The position numbers and the translations under genes were made by a program. Shown here one piece after another: positions 14,849 through 20,947 of a stretch of 20,947 nucleotides of DNA (the stretch's first letter is position 1; every line of letters starts with the position of its first letter). The notes under the pieces were generated by a model that saw only the letters and a list, made by a program, of their open reading frames with translations, was not told where the DNA came from and ran no database searches. Origin of the DNA: Leptolyngbyaceae cyanobacterium (GTDB lineage: Bacteria > Cyanobacteriota > Cyanobacteriia > Phormidesmidales > Phormidesmidaceae); NCBI GenBank assembly GCA_965263355.1, contig CBDHHL010000004.1, positions 1 through 20,947 of the forward strand. Direction: 5' to 3'.

Positions 14849-17173
14849 ATGACGGCCCTGCGCGTTCTCTTGCTAGAAGATAATTCTTTAGATGCGGAAG
14901 TAGTGCGTGTCACCCTGGCTGACGGAGGGATTGATTGTGATATTCAAGTCGTCAATACCTGCACCAAGTTTGAAGCGGCCCTGGCAACTAAGTTATTTGA
15001 TCTGATTTTAGCCGACTATATCCTGTCTGAATTGGATGGTCTGACAGCATTAGATATGGCTCAAACTATGTGCCAGGATGTACCGTTTATTTTTGTCACG
15101 GCCAATTTGGGCGAAAAGTTGGCCGTTAAATCCCTCAAACTGGGTGCGACGGACTATGTGCCGAAGCAGCAGTTAGGACGGTTGGTACCCTGTGTGAAAC
15201 GGGCTTTGCGGGAAGTTCATGAACGTCGTGCTCGCCAAGCTGCTGAAGCTACCCTGGCTGCAAATCTGCGAGATGCCCAGCGACTCTGTGACCTGGGAGC
15301 ACGCCTGGTAGCAGAGGATGACATTCACACCCTGTATGAAGAGATCTTGGAGATCGCAATTGCGTTAATGCATGCCGATGCTGGCACCATGCAATTTTTT
15401 GATGCCTCTACTCAAGAGTTAGTATTTTTAGTAGCTAGAGGGTTTGACCGCAGTCTTACGGATGGTTTTTTGCGTGTCGGTGCTTGTTCTAAAACCAGTT
15501 GTGGTCGAGCATTAGCAGCAAATAAGCAAGTTTTTATCGACTACGAGACCGTTTTTAGAGAAGATCCCGACGATGCCTGGCGATTGGTGTTAGAAGCAGG
15601 GTATCGATCAGGCCAGTCCACGCCGTTGCTTGCCCGATCAGGCCATCTGATTGGCATGATTTCTACCTATTGGCGCGAGCAGTATCAATCGAATGAGCGC
15701 GAACTGCAATTTCTGGACTTGTTGATTCGCCAAGCTGCTGACCTGATTGCTCAATGGCAAGCTAGAAATGCCCTACAACGCTACAACGAAGAACTTGAGA
15801 CAAAGGTCGTCGAACGCACCAGCGCACTATCCCAGAGCTTGGACGCACTGGAGAGATCTAGAGAACAAATCCACCACCAAGCCCATCACGATGCTTTAAC
15901 GGGTTTGCCCAATCGTTTATTGCTCAATTTACGGCTGGAGTTAAGCCTGCAACAGGCCAGTCGCCAGCAAACCCAACTGGCCGTCGTATTTATCGACCTG
16001 GATCGCTTCAAACAGGTTAACGATAGTTTGGGCCACCGTCTGGGAGATGAACTATTACGGCAGGTCGCTGGTCGCCTACATCAAGCGATTCGGAGTAACG
16101 ATACGGTTGCGCGCCTGAGCGGTGATGAGTTTGTGGTCTTATTCACAGACATTCAAGAGCATCAGCAGGTGGTTAATGCTACAAACCGGCTCATGGCATG
16201 CTTTGAGTCGCCCTTTGATCTGTTAGGACAGATGATCCATGCCACTGCAAGTTTAGGGATTTGCCTGTTTCCCAATAACGGTACGGATGCCGATGTGCTC
16301 ATGCGCAATGCCGATACGGCTATGTACAATGCTAAAGAAAAGGGACGCAACAATTATTGTTTTTATGACGAAGCAATGACCGTTGCCGCCATCAAGCAGG
16401 GGGCGCTGAAAAATGCCCTACGGATGGCGCTGAATCAGCAGGAGTTTAGTCTGGTCTATCAACCCCAGATTGATCTGCAATCCCAAACCTGGATAGGGTT
16501 GGAGGTGTTTCTATGCTGGCAGCACCCAAAATTAGGAATGATCTCTCCAGTCCGATTTATTCCGATTGCCGAACAAAGCGGCTTGATTCGGGATATTGGG
16601 GCCTGGGTGTTGAGAACTGTTTGTTTCCAAGGTAGAGCTTGGCTTGATCAGGGGCTGAACGTTGGTCGCATCGCCATCAATATTGCTGCCTCACAGTTCA
16701 AAGATAAAAATTTTATGCATGTGGTTGAGTCCGCATTGGCAGCCAGTGGCCTCCCGCCGAGTTGCCTGGAATTCGAGGTCACAGAAAGCCTCCTGATGGA
16801 TTGTGCAGACGAGAAAATTGAGCTGTTGGACCGGCTACGCCAACTCGGGATTCAACTATCCATTGATGATTTTGGCACCGGCTATTCATCCCTAAGCTGT
16901 TTAAAGCGCCTCCCGATTGACAAACTCAAAATTGATCAGTCCTTTGTTCGAGATATCCCTAAGGATCGAAATGCCAAGGCAATTGCGGCAGCCATCATTG
17001 CCTTGGGACAGGCGTTGGATATTAGAATCATTGCTGAAGGCGTCGAAACCGAGGAACAAGCTGAATTTCTCAAGATGAAAGGGTGTCAAGAGGCCCAAGG
17101 TTATCTTTACAGTCACCCATTGTCAGCAATCGCAATCGAACAGCAATACCCAACACCCATGAGTTTGACTTAA
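14849..17173 (+). CDS. Response-regulator diguanylate cyclase/phosphodiesterase (REC-GAF-GGDEF-EAL)
   Basis: REC: LLEDN, LADY, DYVPK. GAF: QSTPL...LIGMISTYW. GGDEF domain: HDALTGLPNR, DLDRFKQVNDSLGH, RSND...SGDEF. EAL domain: EVF, DDFGTGYSSL, KIDQSF, AEGVET. Confidence 0.95.
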   Translation: MTALRVLLLEDNSLDAEVVRVTLADGGIDCDIQVVNTCTKFEAALATKLFDLILADYILSELDGLTALDMAQTMCQDVPFIFVTANLGEKLAVKSLKLGATDYVPKQQLGRLVPCVKRALREVHERRARQAAEATLAANLRDAQRLCDLGARLVAEDDIHTLYEEILEIAIALMHADAGTMQFFDASTQELVFLVARGFDRSLTDGFLRVGACSKTSCGRALAANKQVFIDYETVFREDPDDAWRLVLEAGYRSGQSTPLLARSGHLIGMISTYWREQYQSNERELQFLDLLIRQAADLIAQWQARNALQRYNEELETKVVERTSALSQSLDALERSREQIHHQAHHDALTGLPNRLLLNLRLELSLQQASRQQTQLAVVFIDLDRFKQVNDSLGHRLGDELLRQVAGRLHQAIRSNDTVARLSGDEFVVLFTDIQEHQQVVNATNRLMACFESPFDLLGQMIHATASLGICLFPNNGTDADVLMRNADTAMYNAKEKGRNNYCFYDEAMTVAAIKQGALKNALRMALNQQEFSLVYQPQIDLQSQTWIGLEVFLCWQHPKLGMISPVRFIPIAEQSGLIRDIGAWVLRTVCFQGRAWLDQGLNVGRIAINIAASQFKDKNFMHVVESALAASGLPPSCLEFEVTESLLMDCADEKIELLDRLRQLGIQLSIDDFGTGYSSLSCLKRLPIDKLKIDQSFVRDIPKDRNAKAIAAAIIALGQALDIRIIAEGVETEEQAEFLKMKGCQEAQGYLYSHPLSAIAIEQQYPTPMSLT

Positions 17174-17339
17174 GCAATGGCTATTCGCAGATGACCCATG
17201 CAATCGCATGGTATCCACGGCTCTAGTCATCGCTCATTTTTAGAAGAATCAGAGTAGTGGTCTATCAACCCGAATCTTGAGCTTTGACGATGAAAGAGGG
17301 CTAATTTACGAAATCGTGCTTGATAGCGCCCGGTATCGA

Positions 17340-17366
17340 AGGGCATCCACAAGGGAGTGCCCCTGC
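17340..17366. repeat. REP-like palindrome between convergent genes
   Basis: AGGGCATCCACAAGGGAGTGCCCCTGC, a degenerate GTAG-type REP hairpin (reverse strand GCAGGGGCAC...GATGCCCT). Confidence 0.5.
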
Positions 17367-17380
17367 AGGATGGTCCATTT

Positions 17381-19027
17381 TTAATCGGGTTTAATGAATT
17401 CGGATTTGGGATTAGACTCTAAAAACCAAAGATTTAAGCCGAACTCCCCAGACTTTAGCTTGTTTGCCTGGTAGACGGAGCGTAATGTGCCTAATTGCTG
17501 ATTTTTGACGATGGTTTTTATCCGTTCGGACGGCGTAAAGAAAAATGTGGGTCTGTCGGGATCGACAATTTTTGCCAGGGTCTCTTCTGGAAAGTTAGGA
17601 CTCGGCAAAATATAGAGACTGACATCAGGATTTAGGTCATAGCTAAGGGAAATCGTATCCTGGATGTAGTGGGGAATCGTAATTACCTGGGGTGCTTCTG
17701 TTTGGTTTATGAGTGTCGTAATGGTTTCATTACTTAGACTACGGCTTTTCTGATAAGGGGATGTCTCCGTTAGCCCAAAGAGGCAAGACATCAGACCCAC
17801 TGACAGCAATAAAGCCATGATTATGCGGCCTCTCTTTTCCCAAAGACAATGACTTAACCAGTAGGCAAGGGCCACTAATACTCCTAAATGTGTCGGCATC
17901 ATATAACGCGCACCGGCAGACGACTGGCCATTGCGCACCAAGTCCCCCAAGAACAACACGGTGGGAACAGCCAGAGCACCCGCCAGCACGTATCCCCAAA
18001 CTGCTTGCGGCGCACGACGCACTAAATAGAAAACGGCATAACCCATCAGGGATAGTGTGGCCGCTGCAATGACGACCTGTATCCCTAGCACCATGGGGTT
18101 ATTGATGGCGATGGGTACATCAAAAAAGAGTACTGCCAGACCATACAGCCAGGCTCCAAAAATCTCCCAGATAGGTAAGGGCAGATACATCCAGCTGGTG
18201 TTGCTTTGGAGGGTTTGCCATTGGCTCACAATAATCCAGGCCCAGGGCAGCATGGTTACTAAGGCTGTGACTGTTGCGATCGCATATCCCCGCCATCGCT
18301 TAGGCTGAAAAAGCAAAACCGCCAGACTTTGCCCCCATACCACCAGCACAGAAAGAATTGACGTATACAGAGTAGGAATTAGCAACAGCGAATAGACGAC
18401 CCAGTGAGTCCAGTGGTTGGTCTGCAACGCCCGCCACAGCCATTGACCAGATAGCAACAGCAGCCAAACCCATAGGCTATAGGGCCGTGCTTCCTGAGCA
18501 TAGGCGACAAAAAAAGGTGAAATGGCCAGTAATCCCATGGCACTCTGGCCGATCACAGACCCATAGCGCGGTTTAGTGTCATCGCTAAAGAGTGTTTGGC
18601 CAAAACCGTACATGGCCAGCAGCGACAGCACACTAAAGATGACAGATAGACTCCGCATCGCCACTACAGAGGTGCCCCATAGTTCTGCCCAGACGCGGGC
18701 TAAGATAAAGTACAGCGGGGCATGTTCAGGGCTTTTGCTCAGTACCCGTAGCAGGTCAGTGCTGTCGCGAGGGACCCTAGAACCAGCGCTTGCGCCATCG
18801 TGCCGAATCCGCTGAAATTTCTGTAAATCGTCTACCGTGAGTGCTTTCCCTGTGGCTACCTGTTCGACTACCTCGGCCTGAGTGTAGCCAGACACCCGCA
18901 TTGAGGTGGCCACCTCGTCTACCCAGTACACCGGTTGTCCCAGGTTGGCGACCCGAAATAAAACACCCAGGCCCACCAGTATGGCCACGATAAAACTCCA
19001 ACGTCGAGACTGGCGAGGGGATATCAC
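17381..19027 (-). CDS. GT-C membrane glycosyltransferase (family 39 / ArnT-PMT-like)
   Basis: Multiple TM helices; YWVDE, EHAPLYF, MRSLS and YAQEARPYSL motifs. Confidence 0.88.
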   Translation of the reverse strand: MISPRQSRRWSFIVAILVGLGVLFRVANLGQPVYWVDEVATSMRVSGYTQAEVVEQVATGKALTVDDLQKFQRIRHDGASAGSRVPRDSTDLLRVLSKSPEHAPLYFILARVWAELWGTSVVAMRSLSVIFSVLSLLAMYGFGQTLFSDDTKPRYGSVIGQSAMGLLAISPFFVAYAQEARPYSLWVWLLLLSGQWLWRALQTNHWTHWVVYSLLLIPTLYTSILSVLVVWGQSLAVLLFQPKRWRGYAIATVTALVTMLPWAWIIVSQWQTLQSNTSWMYLPLPIWEIFGAWLYGLAVLFFDVPIAINNPMVLGIQVVIAAATLSLMGYAVFYLVRRAPQAVWGYVLAGALAVPTVLFLGDLVRNGQSSAGARYMMPTHLGVLVALAYWLSHCLWEKRGRIIMALLLSVGLMSCLFGLTETSPYQKSRSLSNETITTLINQTEAPQVITIPHYIQDTISLSYDLNPDVSLYILPSPNFPEETLAKIVDPDRPTFFFTPSERIKTIVKNQQLGTLRSVYQANKLKSGEFGLNLWFLESNPKSEFIKPD

Positions 19028-19050
19028 AGATTAGGCTGCAGCAACAAACG

Positions 19051-19890
19051 TCACTCAGCATACCGTGCCATAAAGGTCTGAACGGCATGGTCATAGTGTT
19101 TGCCTGCTACCGTCGGTAGATTACTATGGCCAGCATGCTTGACCCAAACTAATGTTTTGCTGGTAGGCCATGTGTCATAGAGTGTGCGACTCATGGCGGC
19201 GGGCACTACTCGATCAGCGGTGCCATGCATTAGTAAAACTGGCATTGAGAGTGAGCGCACCTTGTCCAATGAGGCAAACTGCTGAGTCAGCAGCTGATCC
19301 AGCGGCAAAATCGGTAGGGGCAGATAATGCTGCACCATGGCTTTCATGGAGGTAAATGTACTTTCGAGAATCAGTCCGGCTACGTTGGGGTGGGATGTGG
19401 CTAGGTGGATTGCGATCGCACCCCCAATCGATCGCCCATAGAGAACAATCCGCTGTGGTGGTATACCCCGCTGGTCATTGAGATAACGCCAAGCTACCTC
19501 AGCATCTTCATACACCTGCTGTTCACTGGGGAACGGACCTGCACTGCGACCGTAACCACGATAGTCAATTACAAATACGCCATAGCCCCACTGATAAAAG
19601 CGCTGCAGTCGATGGGGCAAGTCTCCTAAATTACTACCATTACCATGCAGATACAAAATGACGGGGGAGTCAGTAGGTTCGATAGCAGGGACCCACCAGC
19701 CGTGGATTTTTCCGTCCTGCAGCCAGACATCTGTGTAAGGTATCCCCACATCAGCTGGTGTGCTTTTTAAGACCAGCGATGGAAAAAACATAAATCGTGT
19801 CTGGTAACGCCACAGGCCCCAGCAGGTTAAAAAATAGAGGCCAACCAGGATGCCCATTACTCGGATGGGCCAACGTTGCTTGAATCTCAC
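19051..19890 (-). CDS. Alpha/beta hydrolase (Bem46/ABHD-like serine hydrolase) with N-terminal membrane anchor
   Basis: YLHGNG, DYRGYG, GRSIGG nucleophile elbow, HGTAD and GH catalytic triad motifs. Confidence 0.9.
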   Translation of the reverse strand: MRFKQRWPIRVMGILVGLYFLTCWGLWRYQTRFMFFPSLVLKSTPADVGIPYTDVWLQDGKIHGWWVPAIEPTDSPVILYLHGNGSNLGDLPHRLQRFYQWGYGVFVIDYRGYGRSAGPFPSEQQVYEDAEVAWRYLNDQRGIPPQRIVLYGRSIGGAIAIHLATSHPNVAGLILESTFTSMKAMVQHYLPLPILPLDQLLTQQFASLDKVRSLSMPVLLMHGTADRVVPAAMSRTLYDTWPTSKTLVWVKHAGHSNLPTVAGKHYDHAVQTFMARYAE

Positions 19891-19927
19891 TGGACGACAT
19901 GCTGGTTAATAGCGCTTAATCCTGGAG

Positions 19928-19952
19928 GGGTGGCACAGTGTACACACCCTAC
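19928..19952. repeat. Degenerate REP-like palindrome
   Basis: Reverse strand GTAGGGTGTGTACACTGTGCCACCC: GTAG plus an imperfect inverted repeat in an intergenic gap. Confidence 0.35.
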
Positions 19953-19989
19953 TTAAGAACGGCACAAGGCACCCATATAAGGCATTTTT

Positions 19990-20505
19990 TTAGAGCCATT
20001 TAATTGCCCAATAGCCTTGTTTTGGCATATTTTTCTCTACTTCTGTGTACCATTCCTGGGGCTGATAGGTGCCAAACACCCGGTCCCACCAATCTACTGC
20101 CAAACCAAAGTTATGGTGCCACTGGTTGTACTTGTGATGAACATAGTGCACTGGCATCTCCATCCAATCGCACTTGACTGGGTTATCATGCTGCAACTGA
20201 TGGGCATAGGCAGCAAAGATGGCGTAGGTAATGCCGCCCAGGGTGCAGCACACGCCAATCCGCCAGCCCATTACAAACGTATTGGCCATCATCGGTGAGG
20301 TGCCCACAACATAGTTGCGAAGTTCCAGCCAAAAGCCCTGTCCAGTATTTTCCCGATGGTGCTCCACATGCACCTTACCAAAGGTACGTGGGAAAAAGTG
20401 CATAAGGCGATGCAGCCAGTATTCGACAAAGCTGGCAAATATAAAAGTGGCTACAAACCAGCCGAAATATCCTATGTTTTCAACAATATATGCCTTAATG
20501 TCCAT
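19990..20505 (-). CDS. Fatty acid hydroxylase / sterol desaturase family di-iron membrane enzyme
   Basis: His boxes HRLMH, HVEHH, HQLQH and HYVHH, plus NFG...WWDRVFGT. Confidence 0.9.
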   Translation of the reverse strand: MDIKAYIVENIGYFGWFVATFIFASFVEYWLHRLMHFFPRTFGKVHVEHHRENTGQGFWLELRNYVVGTSPMMANTFVMGWRIGVCCTLGGITYAIFAAYAHQLQHDNPVKCDWMEMPVHYVHHKYNQWHHNFGLAVDWWDRVFGTYQPQEWYTEVEKNMPKQGYWAIKWL

Positions 20506-20660
20506 GGACCCGTTTTTCTAAACACTCCTCGCGCATAAGTTAATGCCCGACCTGTATATTAAACGTTGGCCATGTCCAGAACTGTAGTTTTGCCGTAGAG
20601 GATAGGACCAGTTGAACTTGGACATGGTTTATCTATTAAAGCGTAATCCATACAGGTCAG

Positions 20661-20947
20661 ATGTTTCAGCTTTTACAGATGGGGCGGCGTCGCGCGCTCA
20701 CTTGGATGCGCCCGCAGTATTTGCATCGCACACTTGTCTTTGGTTTGAATTTATTTCTGGGTTGGGGTGTGGTATTCGCCACCGCTGGGCAGACAGCGGA
20801 TAATATTTACCTGCAGTATGGCCCCTTGGAACTATCCATTACTCGACAACAGCTAGAAACCTTTGCTGAAACCGGTGAGGCGACCGGGTCTTTAAAGTTT
20901 ATTCTTACCAGACTTAATCCTGAACTTCAGACGCAGTTTCGGCAAGC
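20661..20947 (+). CDS. DUF1400-type alpha/beta hydrolase, N-terminal part (3'-truncated by window edge)
   Basis: Manual translation: signal-like N-terminus, then ADNIYLQYGPLELSITRQQLETFAETG, typical of DUF1400. Start may be 20661, 20679 or 20706. Confidence 0.7.
   Translation, partial: MFQLLQMGRRRALTWMRPQYLHRTLVFGLNLFLGWGVVFATAGQTADNIYLQYGPLELSITRQQLETFAETGEATGSLKFILTRLNPELQTQFRQ

Noticed and set aside
4003..20538. Numerous short antisense or alternate-frame ORFs overlapping the long genes
   Set aside because: They are shadow ORFs with no recognisable motifs.

Overview
Cyanobacterial DNA (recurring HIP1 octamer GCGATCGC) with two parts. (1) Bases 1-3600 are an accessory/relic region. It holds an ORF-less group II intron (minus strand, about 622-1388) whose EBS1/EBS2 pair with its 5' exon. 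That exon looks like an integron attI-type site (TGGATAAC-TCATA-GTTAGAC) at the end of a ~40-bp-period palindromic array (TTA-N4-GAAA-N-TTTC-N4-TAA). A cassette-like hypothetical gene lies downstream of the intron. A second array of the same architecture (~3400-3590) abuts a truncated VOC/glyoxalase remnant. The region also has a small protein with a structured switch-like leader and a HisKA pseudogene. (2) Bases 3617-20505 are a minus-strand lipid biosynthesis cluster: fatty-acid hydroxylase/desaturase, alpha/beta hydrolase, GT39/ArnT-like glycosyltransferase, GT4 glycosyltransferase, a single-module fully reducing PKS fused to an alpha-oxoamine synthase (KS-AT-DH-ER-KR-ACP-AONS/SPT-like), a translationally coupled atypical LeuB-like dehydrogenase and a PagL-type outer-membrane deacylase. 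An opposite-strand REC-GAF-GGDEF-EAL gene interrupts it. The cluster is a candidate pathway for a glycosylated sphingoid-like aminolipid. A DUF1400 alpha/beta hydrolase gene starts at the right edge. All calls come from reading the sequence and recognising motifs; no database searches were run.
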